Source: Promethearchaeia archaeon (GTDB taxonomy: Archaea; Asgardarchaeota; Lokiarchaeia; Sigyniarchaeales; SOKP01). Taken from it: 64,000 bases of DNA. Positions within the stretch are counted from its first letter, which is position 1. The number at the start of each line of letters is the position of its first letter. Positions 30,267 through 41,349 of the stretch are shown here, in pieces. The notes beneath the pieces were generated by a model. It was not told the origin of the DNA. It made no database searches and saw nothing but the letters and a program-made list of their open reading frames with translations. The position numbers and the translations under genes are program-made. The stretch spans positions 32,001 through 96,000 of the forward strand of contig JAHQWG010000047.1 of NCBI GenBank assembly GCA_029856045.1, written 5' to 3'.

Positions 30267-31364
30267 TTAAATCCTTTTTTTTAAAATATTCGCTTGTTCC
30301 TTAAACGTATATGAAAAAAAGTTCTTATAACTTTCACAAAAGTATGTTTTTTCTGGATGTGGATTATCTGTGAAAAATCTATCTTTGAGACATCCTCCGA
30401 AACACAATTTTTTCCATTCACATTCCAAGCAGTCTTGAGGAAGTTTTTCTTTTTGTATGGCAAATGTAGTGTTGCGTTTTTCAATTAATTCTGCAAAACT
30501 ATTTTGCATTATATTCCCTAATTTATATTTTTCATATACAAAAAAATCACAAGGATATATATCTCCGTTCCATTCTACAACCATATAATTTGCACATTTT
30601 TCCTCGAGAGCGCAGTATCCTTTTGGATATCCTAAATGACCAGCCAAAGTTGCATCGAAAGTTCTTATTGATGCTTTTCGATTAGAATTTATCCACTCGT
30701 CGTAGAGGTCACATAAAAATTTACCATACTGGGATGCATTAATGCAATAAGATGCTTTTTTTCCTGTCTTATCTGCTTCAAGAGCGGGAATAAATTGCAA
30801 ATAATAAAAACCGTTATCAATGAAGAAATTATAAACCTCCCTAACTCGATTGACATTTGCTTTACTTACGACACATAATATATTGAATTCTACATTGTTT
30901 TTTTTTAAGCATTCAGTGGTTTTCATTACTTTTTCCCAAATTGACTTACTGCCAATACTTTTTCTATAACGATCATGGATTTGCTTAGGACCATCAAGAC
31001 TTAAGCCAATCAAAAAGTGATATTCATTAAAAAATTTTCCCCAATCATCGTTAATAAGAATTCCATTAGTTTGAAGAGCATTTCCAATTACTTGCCCAGA
31101 GATACCATACTGTTGTTGGAATTCTACAACTTTTTTATAGAAATTGAGCCCAATTAAAGTAGGTTCCCCGCCTTGCCAATTGAAAACAGATTCATTAAAA
31201 CGATATTGCAAGAATTTTGATATTATTCTTTCGAGAACTTTATAATCCATACGAGGGTGTACATTATTTGAATATAAATCAGCCACTCTCAAATAAAAAC
31301 AATACTTGCATCTTAGATTACAATCAAAAGAGACTGGTTTAATTAAAAGTTGGAAAGGTTCCAT
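30267..31364 (-). CDS. Anaerobic sulfatase maturase (radical SAM/SPASM)
   Basis: KPVSFDCNLRCKYCFY, WQGGEP, YPCDF, CxxC...C.GGC. Confidence 0.9.
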   Translation of the reverse strand: MEPFQLLIKPVSFDCNLRCKYCFYLRVADLYSNNVHPRMDYKVLERIISKFLQYRFNESVFNWQGGEPTLIGLNFYKKVVEFQQQYGISGQVIGNALQTNGILINDDWGKFFNEYHFLIGLSLDGPKQIHDRYRKSIGSKSIWEKVMKTTECLKKNNVEFNILCVVSKANVNRVREVYNFFIDNGFYYLQFIPALEADKTGKKASYCINASQYGKFLCDLYDEWINSNRKASIRTFDATLAGHLGYPKGYCALEEKCANYMVVEWNGDIYPCDFFVYEKYKLGNIMQNSFAELIEKRNTTFAIQKEKLPQDCLECEWKKLCFGGCLKDRFFTDNPHPEKTYFCESYKNFFSYTFKEQANILKKRI

Positions 31365-31408
31365 TATTGATTTAGGTTTTAAATTTAAATATTTATTTAT
31401 ATTGAAAT

Positions 31409-32176
31409 TTATTTTTTATTGTATTCAATTTCGACAATTTCAACAATTTTTGGAAGAATTTCTGCGATACTTCCATGTATGACAACAAGACATTGATGGT
31501 CAATATTTGTTTTTTCTCTATTTATTATGCCTAATTTGGCATCAACGTTTAAAGCTTTATATGGTAAAAAATTTGCCGGTGATACTAAAAGGCTTGTGCC
31601 CAAAATCATCATTAAGTCACAGTTTGCAATTAGGTCATCAGTTCTTTCAAGTGCTTCTATAGGTAATTGTTCTCCAAAAAAAACTGCATTTGGTTTTAAA
31701 ATACCACCACAATCAGGACATTTTGTTGATGGGTTTCTACTTAATAATTGAGTAACTAGAGTTGTTATAGGAAATATTTTTCCACATTTCCCCATGCATA
31801 TCGCTTCATTTATACTACCGTGTAATTCAATTACATTTTTAGTATGAGCTCTTTTGTGTAGACCATCTATATTCTGGGTCATTAACCCATTTAATTTTCC
31901 CATTTTTTGCAATTTTGTCAGGCTTTTATGGCCTGCATTTGGTTTAGCTTTAATCATATTAAGACCCATTTCTAACATCGTCTTATAGAACGCAGTTGGA
32001 TTTCGCGTAAAAGTAGATATATCTGCAAATGAAGGATCCATTCGCTCCCACAATCCTGTGCCGGGACTGCGAAAATCTGGAATACCGCTTTCTGTGGACA
32101 TCCCCGCTCCAGTAAGCGCTAATATATTTTCTGATTCAAGTATTAATTCAGCAAATTTTTGAAATTTTTCTTTCAT
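31409..32176 (-). CDS. cobB: Sir2-family NAD-dependent deacylase
   Basis: TGAGMSTESGIPDFRS, TQNIDGLH, ELHG, zinc ribbon, GTSL. Confidence 0.92.
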   Translation of the reverse strand: MKEKFQKFAELILESENILALTGAGMSTESGIPDFRSPGTGLWERMDPSFADISTFTRNPTAFYKTMLEMGLNMIKAKPNAGHKSLTKLQKMGKLNGLMTQNIDGLHKRAHTKNVIELHGSINEAICMGKCGKIFPITTLVTQLLSRNPSTKCPDCGGILKPNAVFFGEQLPIEALERTDDLIANCDLMMILGTSLLVSPANFLPYKALNVDAKLGIINREKTNIDHQCLVVIHGSIAEILPKIVEIVEIEYNKK

Positions 32177-32259
32177 TTCTTTTCAATACAATTCTTTTGG
32201 AATTTAATTTTATTATATTTGTTAATATCTTAAATAAATATTGATATAATGAATAAGGT

Positions 32260-34749
32260 TTAAATTTTAAAAGTTCGAATTTTCCATGGATTAATTTTAT
32301 CTATTCGATTTTTTTTAGATTTTATTTCATTGTAATTAAAATTGATTTCTCTTAGTTGTTTTCTAACTAATGCTCCTTCAAATTGGATATTATTTTGTTT
32401 ATCACTGGGATTAAATATACGTAAATAGGAATTATTTTTCCGTCTCCATAAGTTAATAAGTTTAACCGGTTGGTTTATTGTAAGAAATGACATAGATTTC
32501 TTTTCAAATTTATAATTATTATTAATTCTTATCCCCAATAATCTAAATTGAAATGAATTTGTATAGTTTAAGGCAGAATGTAATTCATCCCCATTAGTAA
32601 TTGATAAAGCAAATTCAAATCTTCCCTTAGAAGTTAAAAAATTACGTATTTTGAAATTATGACGGTCAATATGGAATTTCTGACTATTTTTTTGCATGAA
32701 AATAATGCCTTCATTTTTTCCTTTTAACCATAGAAAGTCAAGCGCCTTAATATTTGTTCTTTTTGTCTCTTCGATACCAAATGGATAATTAATAAAAACT
32801 TTTGAAATCTTAATTTTGGGAATAAGTATTATTTCTCTTAATAAATTAGAATCCAAATTGAATTCAAGTCTATTCACACCGTTATATTGAATAAGTTCAA
32901 TTTGGAAAGTTTTTTCATCCAATTCTCCGGTCAATATGAATTTTTCTTCAATGTTATCTTTATAATGCTTCTTTATTGATAGGTTGTAATCAAATTTTGA
33001 TTGAAATTTCAATTCACATACATTTTTATCCTTATATTTTATCTCAATTGTTTTATGATCTTCCAGAATTTTCACTATATAAGAATAAACTGTATTTGGT
33101 TTAGAGATTTTAGCATTTTGTTGAGTTAATGAATATATCTTGAAACCTATTCCTGGGATTTCAGCCATAAATTTTAAGGTAGAATTTTGATATTGAAAGG
33201 GAATTTCTTCATTATCTTCAATAAGTCTCATTTTGGAAGGATTTTCTAACCATAATTGAATTGAAAAGGCATCTCGTCTCGGAATTGCCGTCGGGTTGAA
33301 TATTAGAAAACTGATATTATTGTTTTTAATAACTTTAGTTTTTGAGCCCAATTTTTCTGCTAATTTAGAAAGAGCCTCACGAGAATAATCTCTACATCGA
33401 TTTTGGATTTCATTCTGTAATTTAAGACTTAATTCAGAAATTGAAATTTTATCATATTCTATCTCCAATTTATGTAATTCTTCACGACTCAATTGTTGCG
33501 CAGAATAGTCTCCTGATCGTATAAATGGAACCGCATAATTATCATGGGCTTGAGTAAGTAATAGTTTCTTCCACAAATCATCAAAAAAAAAATCACTTGA
33601 TGTTTCATTATATAACCCCAAAATGCAATTTAAAATCTCGGCAGATAATAAACTAATCTCACATTTTTTATTATTAAGGAATAGTTCATTTGAAACAAAG
33701 ATACTATCTGCTAATACGAAATTATCCCGGAGAAATTTGAACTCTCCATCCTTTTCAATTTTTTGAAAAAATTCAGAACATGAAATAAATTTTCCAAATA
33801 TCTCAGAAAATCTCGAAATCCTCCAAATCTCTTCTTGATAAGGTTGTGGCATAATAAAATCCTCAATGGAAGAATATACAATGGAATTCATGAATGGACG
33901 AGAAACAGATTGAAATAAAAGATTTGGGATTTCTTTAAAAAATGTTCCATGCCAATATTCTCCATTAAAAACTCCAGACTGCTCTGTGATTGTATTTATT
34001 TTAGTATTGTCTAAACCAATCCAATCGATATTTCCAGAGGGGGTAGTAGGATTTAATCCAATAAGCCGCGTCCTTAAAGAACCAAATTCAATTTCAAATC
34101 CTTTTAAAATTTGAGGGATTTGAGGATATATCGAACTTTCTGAACAATAATAAATCTTGCAATCTAATCCCAATTGTTTTAATACATTTAATCCGTATTC
34201 GAATTGCTTAATATTCGACTCCGCACCAATGATTAAACTGTATGGTTGTGAAAAAGTAGGATTAATTATCTCAAACCTACCGAGTTTAAATAATCTTAAA
34301 AATTCTGAGATTTTTTCGGGATATTTTTTATTCAACCATTCCAAACAACTTATTGCAATTTCAATATGATAGGGCATATTGGTCTTAATTGCGAGTTCCA
34401 TTTTTTCTAACAAGCGATTTATTGCAAATTTTGGAGAGTCAAATTCACAAAAACCAAGATCATTGATTATTACACCTCCATGACCTCCAATAATGAAAAA
34501 TAATTCTGGATGGAATTCTCGCTTGACAATTAACTTTAATTTTCTTAAAATGATTTTAAATAAATTATATTTCGATTCATTATCTTTATCTTTTAAACAT
34601 TTTAATTGATTTACTTTTTCTTTAATATTCTTAAAATTAATTTTATACTTCTTAATTGGATTCTTATTGGAAAAATCTTTAATTAAATTAATAACTCTGT
34701 CAAGGGCTAAAATATCTTCAATATCTATTTTTGAATTGTTACTTTTCAT
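32260..34749 (-). CDS. Divergent GH38-like (alpha-mannosidase fold) protein
   Basis: PQIPQIL, WIGLDNT, QAHD, FNP, YPFG match GH38, but HxD and the nucleophile Asp are altered. Confidence 0.7.
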   Translation of the reverse strand: MKSNNSKIDIEDILALDRVINLIKDFSNKNPIKKYKINFKNIKEKVNQLKCLKDKDNESKYNLFKIILRKLKLIVKREFHPELFFIIGGHGGVIINDLGFCEFDSPKFAINRLLEKMELAIKTNMPYHIEIAISCLEWLNKKYPEKISEFLRLFKLGRFEIINPTFSQPYSLIIGAESNIKQFEYGLNVLKQLGLDCKIYYCSESSIYPQIPQILKGFEIEFGSLRTRLIGLNPTTPSGNIDWIGLDNTKINTITEQSGVFNGEYWHGTFFKEIPNLLFQSVSRPFMNSIVYSSIEDFIMPQPYQEEIWRISRFSEIFGKFISCSEFFQKIEKDGEFKFLRDNFVLADSIFVSNELFLNNKKCEISLLSAEILNCILGLYNETSSDFFFDDLWKKLLLTQAHDNYAVPFIRSGDYSAQQLSREELHKLEIEYDKISISELSLKLQNEIQNRCRDYSREALSKLAEKLGSKTKVIKNNNISFLIFNPTAIPRRDAFSIQLWLENPSKMRLIEDNEEIPFQYQNSTLKFMAEIPGIGFKIYSLTQQNAKISKPNTVYSYIVKILEDHKTIEIKYKDKNVCELKFQSKFDYNLSIKKHYKDNIEEKFILTGELDEKTFQIELIQYNGVNRLEFNLDSNLLREIILIPKIKISKVFINYPFGIEETKRTNIKALDFLWLKGKNEGIIFMQKNSQKFHIDRHNFKIRNFLTSKGRFEFALSITNGDELHSALNYTNSFQFRLLGIRINNNYKFEKKSMSFLTINQPVKLINLWRRKNNSYLRIFNPSDKQNNIQFEGALVRKQLREINFNYNEIKSKKNRIDKINPWKIRTFKI

Positions 34750-34820
34750 TAGATAATAATAGAGAAATCAATTTTAAAAAACTTGATAATAAAAAAATAG
34801 GAGGAGGGGAAAAAAAAATA

Positions 34821-35276
34821 TCAGATTTCATATTCAAGAGGTATAATTGCATGTTCTGGGCAAAGTGTTTCGCATTTTAAACAACCCTTACACTTACCAA
34901 CCACTTTATAATTAAATTTTATTATTTCAGTTTCATTACCATTAACTTTTGCCTTTCCAAGATAAAATAAGTTATTAGGACAAAATGAGCCATCATCTTT
35001 TAAGCATTCCTTACACATTGTGCATTTATGATGATCTATTTTAATAGTAAGTACTTGGTTGGACGTTGTTACAGAAGTGATAACAATTGCATTCCTTGGA
35101 CAAACTTGAACACATGTTAAACAACCTTTGCACTTAGTATAATCTATGTGTCTTAGGCTATTTTCAAAATAAATAGCATTATTTTTGCAAGCTCTCAAAC
35201 ATCGTTCGCATCTTATGCATAAATCGGGATCAATTTGAACAGGGATAAACTTCTCTTTAAACATTTCCTTAATCAA
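34821..35276 (-). CDS. Polyferredoxin / 4Fe-4S dicluster protein
   Basis: Four CxxCxxC...C motifs. Confidence 0.88.
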   Translation of the reverse strand: MIKEMFKEKFIPVQIDPDLCIRCERCLRACKNNAIYFENSLRHIDYTKCKGCLTCVQVCPRNAIVITSVTTSNQVLTIKIDHHKCTMCKECLKDDGSFCPNNLFYLGKAKVNGNETEIIKFNYKVVGKCKGCLKCETLCPEHAIIPLEYEI

Positions 35277-35664
35277 CCTTGAAATTCTGAATAAACCGTT
35301 TCATTTGGCTATACCACTCTTCTAAAAGGGTATTAAATCTTTTCTTAATCTGTTTTTTATCGATGGTATCATAAAGATATAAATAACCACTTTTCCTATT
35401 ATTTTTCTTCGATTTTTTATTTAATTCTTTAATAGAAATTGGTTCACGTAGAATTAATTCCAAATTTATAAGGTTTTGTAAAGCCCTTTGAATTGTACTT
35501 CTATCTTTCTTTAGGTTTTGAGCTATTTCTAATGTTTCTGAGGCATGATTTTCAATTAGATAATATAAAACCTCAATCTCAACCTGATTTAAACCTAATG
35601 TGCATTTGAATAAATCTTTATTTGAAAAATTTCCACGTTTTAGAAGTTGGTTTAAATTTTCCAA
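35269..35664 (-). CDS. TrmB-like HTH transcriptional regulator
   Basis: C.LGL..., EIAQNLKKDRSTIQRALQNL, GY.Y.Y. Confidence 0.85.
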   Translation of the reverse strand: MENLNQLLKRGNFSNKDLFKCTLGLNQVEIEVLYYLIENHASETLEIAQNLKKDRSTIQRALQNLINLELILREPISIKELNKKSKKNNRKSGYLYLYDTIDKKQIKKRFNTLLEEWYSQMKRFIQNFKVD

Positions 35665-35685
35665 AATCTTATCTCCTCAGATTTT

Positions 35686-36093
35686 TTATGATTTAAACCT
35701 CAGAAGGAGTTCTTTCATTTTTTCATAAGGTAATGCTCCTTTTAATTGATTAATCATTTTTCCACCTTTTAAGAAAACTGTCGTAGGAACCACGGCAATA
35801 GCAAATTGCATAGCAATATCCCGAGCTTCATCAACATCAACATTGGCAAAAATAAAATCGTTTCCTAATTCTGTTTGAAGTTTTTCGAAAATAGGAGAAA
35901 ACCATTGGCATGGACCGCACCAAACTGCCGAACAATCTATTATTATAACTGTATTAGGATATTTATTTGCTAAGTTTTCCAATTCAGAGGAGTTTTTAAG
36001 ATGTAGAACATCTCGTGGCATTTGCGGCATAATAAGCATTTCTTTTAATAATTTTTCCTTTTTTCTACGAATATCAATCAAATTTTCATCCAT
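35686..36093 (-). CDS. trxA: Thioredoxin
   Basis: WCGPC active site, VPT. Confidence 0.9.
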   Translation of the reverse strand: MDENLIDIRRKKEKLLKEMLIMPQMPRDVLHLKNSSELENLANKYPNTVIIIDCSAVWCGPCQWFSPIFEKLQTELGNDFIFANVDVDEARDIAMQFAIAVVPTTVFLKGGKMINQLKGALPYEKMKELLLRFKS

Positions 36094-36505
36094 TTTATAT
36101 CATCTTAATAATTTTATTTTTAATTGTGGTAATTATGCGAACAATATACATAATTTAATTTTTATTCTTATAAATTATAAAAAATTAATACTTAAAATTT
36201 AACCAAAAAAATTTTCATGCCATCATTTAATTTAAGATTTTTCAAATTTTATAATGCAAGCAAGGCAATACATTTTATATAATGATTTTTCTCCTTTTTT
36301 TTACTTTTGTAATGATTTTAATACCTCTATCGTCTTGCATTCTTCTAAAAACCGATAAAATTTCACCTCAAATATAAGAATCAAATTTTACTTCTTATAA
36401 TTTAATTAAAACAGGAATTGATTCTATATTATATAACGATAATTGTTTGTAAGGCTTAAAAATTAATAGTAAGATTTAAAGTGTAATCTAGCCCATATTT
36501 ATATT

Positions 36506-36799
36506 ATGCCTATATATATACTTGCAACCAAACTTCAACATCCTGACCTAGTTAAGAAAAGGAAAGAACAGGGTGAAAAGTGGTTAAAGCTAGTCAGAGA
36601 AAAAGTTCCAGATATTAAATGGATCGCACATTATGCTATATTAGGTCCTTATGACTTTCTTGATATTTTTGAAGTGATAGATGAAAAAGAAGCTGCAAAA
36701 GTTTCGCTACTTTCCCGTTCTGCGGGGGCTACTTTCGCAGAAAGTTGGACGGCTATTGCATACAGAGAATTTCTTGAATTAGCTGAGGACTTGAAATAA
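36506..36799 (+). CDS. GYD domain protein
   Basis: YAILGPYDFLDIFE motif. Confidence 0.85.
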   Translation: MPIYILATKLQHPDLVKKRKEQGEKWLKLVREKVPDIKWIAHYAILGPYDFLDIFEVIDEKEAAKVSLLSRSAGATFAESWTAIAYREFLELAEDLK

Positions 36800-36878
36800 A
36801 AAAACATTAATAGCGCGAATGTGTTTAGTAATAAAGGTAATCTTATTTTGAAACAATTAAAGCGAGTTTGTTTGTAAT

Positions 36879-37643
36879 ATGGAAAATTTCATATTTGCTC
36901 TAATATTAACGACTATTGCTGGTTTATCAACCACAATTGGTAGTGTAATTGCGATTTTTTTTAAGGAACCCGGTCCAAAATTTATTACAATCTCTATGGG
37001 CTTTTCCGCTGGAGTAATGATTCTCGTATCTTTTGTTGAACTATTACAGCAAGGTATAGATTCCTTAGGATTTTTTAATGGACATCTATGGTTTTTTATT
37101 GGAATGATAGCTATGTTTGCAATTGATTTGGGGATTTCACATAAATATGAATTTGAAGATTCTTATAAAAAAGAGGAAATTGAAAAAAGAGAACCTAAAT
37201 TAGAAAAAACCTCACTATTAGTTTGCCTTGGTATTTTTATCCATAACTTTCCAGAAGGAATGGCTACATTTGCGGGTACATTAAAAGATGTTGAAATAGG
37301 GATTTTATTGGCGGTCGCTATTGCACTTCATAATATTCCGGAAGGAATAGCAGTGGCAGTTCCTGTTTATCAATCAACAAAAAGCAGTAAAAAAGCTTTT
37401 TTATGGTCCTTTTTCTCTGGAGTTAGTGAACCTATAGGTGCTCTAATTGCAGGATTAATACTTTTGCCTTTTTTGAATGATTTCATATTAGGAGTAATGT
37501 TATCTATTGTTGGAGGATTTATGGTGTTTATTTCATTGGATGAATTACTACCCGTTTCTCGTTCGTTTGGTAAAGAACATCTCTCAATTTTAGGAATTAT
37601 TGCAGGAATGATTGTAATGGCATTGAGTTTATCATTATTATAG
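36879..37643 (+). CDS. zupT: ZIP-family zinc transporter
   Basis: AGVMILVSF, HNFPEG, HNIPEG, DELLP. Confidence 0.92.
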   Translation: MENFIFALILTTIAGLSTTIGSVIAIFFKEPGPKFITISMGFSAGVMILVSFVELLQQGIDSLGFFNGHLWFFIGMIAMFAIDLGISHKYEFEDSYKKEEIEKREPKLEKTSLLVCLGIFIHNFPEGMATFAGTLKDVEIGILLAVAIALHNIPEGIAVAVPVYQSTKSSKKAFLWSFFSGVSEPIGALIAGLILLPFLNDFILGVMLSIVGGFMVFISLDELLPVSRSFGKEHLSILGIIAGMIVMALSLSLL

Positions 37644-37687
37644 GGGGAAAAAGTAGTAATTTAATATGAAAACATATTGGAATGAAT

Positions 37688-38836
37688 TTAATAAAAAGGG
37701 AATGCATTTCTTGCTTGTGCCTGATCTTTTAGATATTTTCGTTTAATTTCTTTATTAATAAGCCCTTCAATTTTACATAAATACTCATATTCATCCTTTA
37801 AACAGAGGGTAATTGCTGTTCCTTTTTTACTCATGCGAGATGTTCTTCCTATCCGATGTACATAGTTTTCCGAGTACTTTGGTAAATCATAATTTATAAC
37901 ATGAGAAATATTTTCAATATCTAAACCTCTTGCAGCCACATCAGTAGCGATGAGCATATTAATCTTATGAGATTTAAATTCTTTTAAGATTTTTTCTCGC
38001 TGAAATTGGGATAAATCACCGGATAATAATCCGATTTTATACCATGTTTTCTTTCTATTTAATTTATTAAACAGCCAAGATGCTGTTTTTTTTGTATTGA
38101 CAAATAAAAGAACATTTTTGGGGTTTTCTTTTTTTAAAATTTGAAGAAAAGTGCTAAATTTTTGTTCAAATAAATCAATTAAATAAAAAAATTGTCTGGT
38201 ACTTCTTACAGTTAGGTCATCTCTACTTAAATTAAGAAATGTAAATTTATTTCTTGTATATTTTTTAACTAACTCTCTTATATCATAATCTAATGTGGCT
38301 GAGAATAACATAAATTGATATTTAGTTTTAATTAAGCTTAAGATGTATTTAATGTCCGGTGCAAATCCCATATCCCAGAGCCTGTCTCCTTCATCTAAAA
38401 CCACAAATTTAATATTATTAAAATTTATTTTACCTCTTTTGTAGAGATCAATGAGTCTTCCGGGTGTTGCAATGATTATATGGATACCTTGCTCCAATTT
38501 TCTTATCTGATTAGTAATTGAAACTCCACCATATATAGGTAAAGATTTTACTCTATTATCTCTCAAATCATTTATTACTTCATAAACTTGTTTTGCAAGT
38601 TCGCGTGTGGGTACTAAAATTAGACATTCATTATTATGAAACTTTAATTTTTCCACAATTGGAATAACATATGCTAAGGTCTTTCCCGTTCCAGTCTTGG
38701 CTTGAGCCATTATATTATGATTCTCTAGAATTAAAGGAATAGCTTTTTCTTGAACTGGTGTTGGTGATGTAATATTCATATTGCTTTTTAAAGCATTAAT
38801 ACGTTCTACGCTAATATCTAATTCTTCGAAATTCAC
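37688..38836 (-). CDS. DEAD/DEAH-box RNA helicase
   Basis: Q motif, TGTGKT, PTRELA, DEGD, SAT, ARGLD, HRIGRTSR. Confidence 0.93.
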   Translation of the reverse strand: MNFEELDISVERINALKSNMNITSPTPVQEKAIPLILENHNIMAQAKTGTGKTLAYVIPIVEKLKFHNNECLILVPTRELAKQVYEVINDLRDNRVKSLPIYGGVSITNQIRKLEQGIHIIIATPGRLIDLYKRGKINFNNIKFVVLDEGDRLWDMGFAPDIKYILSLIKTKYQFMLFSATLDYDIRELVKKYTRNKFTFLNLSRDDLTVRSTRQFFYLIDLFEQKFSTFLQILKKENPKNVLLFVNTKKTASWLFNKLNRKKTWYKIGLLSGDLSQFQREKILKEFKSHKINMLIATDVAARGLDIENISHVINYDLPKYSENYVHRIGRTSRMSKKGTAITLCLKDEYEYLCKIEGLINKEIKRKYLKDQAQARNAFPFY

Positions 38837-39066
38837 TGAAATTCACTTTCAAAGTTTGCTTTTTTCATCATTTGTTAAATAAAAAAATATTTCATAATTA
38901 TTAAACTCTTGCAAATTCAATTTTAGAGATACTTCAGGAAATATTTGCAACGCTAATTGAATTTTCTAATTTTTAAAAATTATTTTTTTTTCTCGCTATT
39001 AAGTAAATAAAATTTAATTTAATTTACAAGGATAAAAACAAGGTTTCTATAAAAAAATTGAATTAA

Positions 39067-40230
39067 TTAATCAGTAAAATATAAATGTTCATCAAATCCT
39101 GTTTCAGCAGTTAGATCTTGCCCTAACTTCTGGATTCGCTCTTTTGTTGGATTTGCAAGAAGCCTATTCATAATTTTTATAACTTTTTCTAATTTTCTTT
39201 CAGAAAATTCTTCTACAATTCTGTCATACCGACCGAATGGAATTCCCGCAGTATACACTCCTGCTTGGGACCTTGTTGCTTGGGAGGAAACTTGCCAATG
39301 TTCTACTTTTACATCAATATTTTCTAAATAGTAGGATAATTTAAACCATTCCAACAATAAATTGAATCTTTTACTCTTTCGATTAAAATTTTTTAAAATA
39401 TTATTAATTCGATTTAATCTATCTGGATGGATTTCGTGAAAAATTGATTCTTGATCTTCTGTAAGTGAATCTTTAGCTTTTTCTTTAATTAATTTCATTA
39501 TTTCCTCAACTTTTTTTGCTCGCTCCTCAGTAATTTCGGGAACTTGCCTTCGTAGATCTTGAGGGGAAAATTCTAATGTGTCATCAGCCCCTCCTACACC
39601 TTCAGATAGACCTTGTCCTATCGTTTCACCTGGAGATGTTCTTTGAGGTTGCGAAGGTTGAGAATAAATAGTTTTTTCTGGTAATGAAAATAATGTATCC
39701 AAGTTTTTTGGATCTTCACCTGCTTCTTTAATTCTTTGTTCTATTTCTTCATGTGGGTATCCCATTTCTCTAAGATAAAATCGAATATTTTGTAGTGTAT
39801 TATCAAAAGAAATCTGTTGCTGATTAAGAGAACCTCCAAATTCTTTCTCCAAGAATTCATCTGCAATTTGATTTATTTTTTCAGAAACAATATCTTCCAT
39901 TTTTAAAATCTCAATTTTTTCAAGAATGTATTTGACTTGTTCTTCGGTTAAATATGATAATTCACCTAATGGCCCTACAAGATAAGAAATTTTATTTAAT
40001 TTATTTAAAAAATTAACAAAATCTTGGTTTGATATCCCTTTTAATTTATGAAAAAAGAATTCTAAAAATTTTTTATCAAAACCTACAATATGTTCTAATG
40101 TATCAAGGGGAAGTATGGTCAAATATTTTTCAAGATTCTCCCCTTGTAGATGATCTGGTAATTGAATACCTAGAACCAATACATTATCTTTTATCATATA
40201 AATATAATCGGATTTTTCCATATTAAACAA
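39067..40230 (-). CDS. Hypothetical helical protein
   Basis: 387-aa ORF; no family recognised. Confidence 0.75.
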   Translation of the reverse strand: MFNMEKSDYIYMIKDNVLVLGIQLPDHLQGENLEKYLTILPLDTLEHIVGFDKKFLEFFFHKLKGISNQDFVNFLNKLNKISYLVGPLGELSYLTEEQVKYILEKIEILKMEDIVSEKINQIADEFLEKEFGGSLNQQQISFDNTLQNIRFYLREMGYPHEEIEQRIKEAGEDPKNLDTLFSLPEKTIYSQPSQPQRTSPGETIGQGLSEGVGGADDTLEFSPQDLRRQVPEITEERAKKVEEIMKLIKEKAKDSLTEDQESIFHEIHPDRLNRINNILKNFNRKSKRFNLLLEWFKLSYYLENIDVKVEHWQVSSQATRSQAGVYTAGIPFGRYDRIVEEFSERKLEKVIKIMNRLLANPTKERIQKLGQDLTAETGFDEHLYFTD

Positions 40231-40341
40231 AAAAATTAATTTACGATTGGTTTAGTTACAATAGTAATTTGTTTTCAAAATTAAAATTTTCACTACTCAA
40301 TTCCCATTTATAAATTCTTCAAATATAAAAGAATAGTAAGA

Positions 40342-40824
40342 GTGAAAAATACTGTGAGAAAAAAAAAGAAATTAACAACATATGACACACGAAAATATCC
40401 TGTTAGACCTCATATTGGCGTAGGTATTCTCTTAGTTAGGGATGATAATTTATTATTAGTTAAAAGAAAATTTGATCCTGATGCAGGATATTGGAGTATT
40501 CCAGGGGGTCATTTGGAGCTAGGAGAGAGGACTCAGCATGCAGCAGAAAGGGAAGGTTTTGAAGAAACTGGTTTTAAGGTTAAAGTAACAAAATTAGCTG
40601 GAATAATTGATAAAATAATGTATGATGAGAATAACAGAATAGAATATCATTATGTACTAATCAATTATTTTGTCGAACAAGTTGAGGGAGATTTTTCTCA
40701 ACCTCCAAAAGCATCTTCTGACGCTTTAGAAGCTAAATTTGTTCCATTTGAGGAATTGAATAAATATCAATTGACTGATTCTTTAATCGAACTTTTAAAA
40801 CAGTTAAAAATTGGGTTCGACTAA
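40342..40824 (+). CDS. NUDIX hydrolase (ADP-ribose pyrophosphatase-like)
   Basis: PGGHLELGE...AAEREGFEETG Nudix box. Confidence 0.92.
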   Translation: MKNTVRKKKKLTTYDTRKYPVRPHIGVGILLVRDDNLLLVKRKFDPDAGYWSIPGGHLELGERTQHAAEREGFEETGFKVKVTKLAGIIDKIMYDENNRIEYHYVLINYFVEQVEGDFSQPPKASSDALEAKFVPFEELNKYQLTDSLIELLKQLKIGFD

Positions 40825-41013
40825 GTAAGTTATGTGGAAAAAAAAGATTAAGTATAATATTTTTGAAATAGAGAATACTTCTTTTTTGGAAAATTTCTTC
40901 TGATTTTTATTTGAAAGCTATAATTCTTTTTATAAATATGTAAAAATTTAAATACGAAAATATCGAATTATCGATCTGGTAGAATCTAAATTATTAAAAA
41001 AAAAAACTATTAA

Positions 41014-41349
41014 ATGAGGTTTAAGAAAATGCCAATTGTTATTACAACTTTTGCATATCCGAGTCACAAACAAAATGAAATTGTGAAAAGATATCTTCAA
41101 GTAAGAAAAAAATATCCCTTGGATGAATCTCTCGGAGAAAACGTTGCATCGCCTGTAAAAGTAACTACAGATGGAATAAGAGTTTTAAACATTATAATTG
41201 TAAAAGAAGGGAAACTTGAAGAAGTTTTAAAAAATCGACAAAAGGATAACCAACAGTACATGGACATAGAGGGATTTGAATTTTCATTTGAAGTTTGGAG
41301 TACATTCGAAGAAGCCTTAGGAATAGTAGGATTAGAAATACCAGAGTAG
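41014..41349 (+). CDS. Hypothetical protein (small alpha/beta)
   Basis: ORF with a GAGG SD before MPIVITT (likely start 41029); followed by a T-tract. Confidence 0.7.
   Translation: MRFKKMPIVITTFAYPSHKQNEIVKRYLQVRKKYPLDESLGENVASPVKVTTDGIRVLNIIIVKEGKLEEVLKNRQKDNQQYMDIEGFEFSFEVWSTFEEALGIVGLEIPE

Noticed and set aside
39067-40230. PGETIGQGLSEGVG and QAGVYTAGIP segments faintly recall RNA polymerase A'' motifs
   Set aside because: The QSIGEPGTQ core is absent and the spacing is wrong; likely coincidental. An HMM search would settle it.
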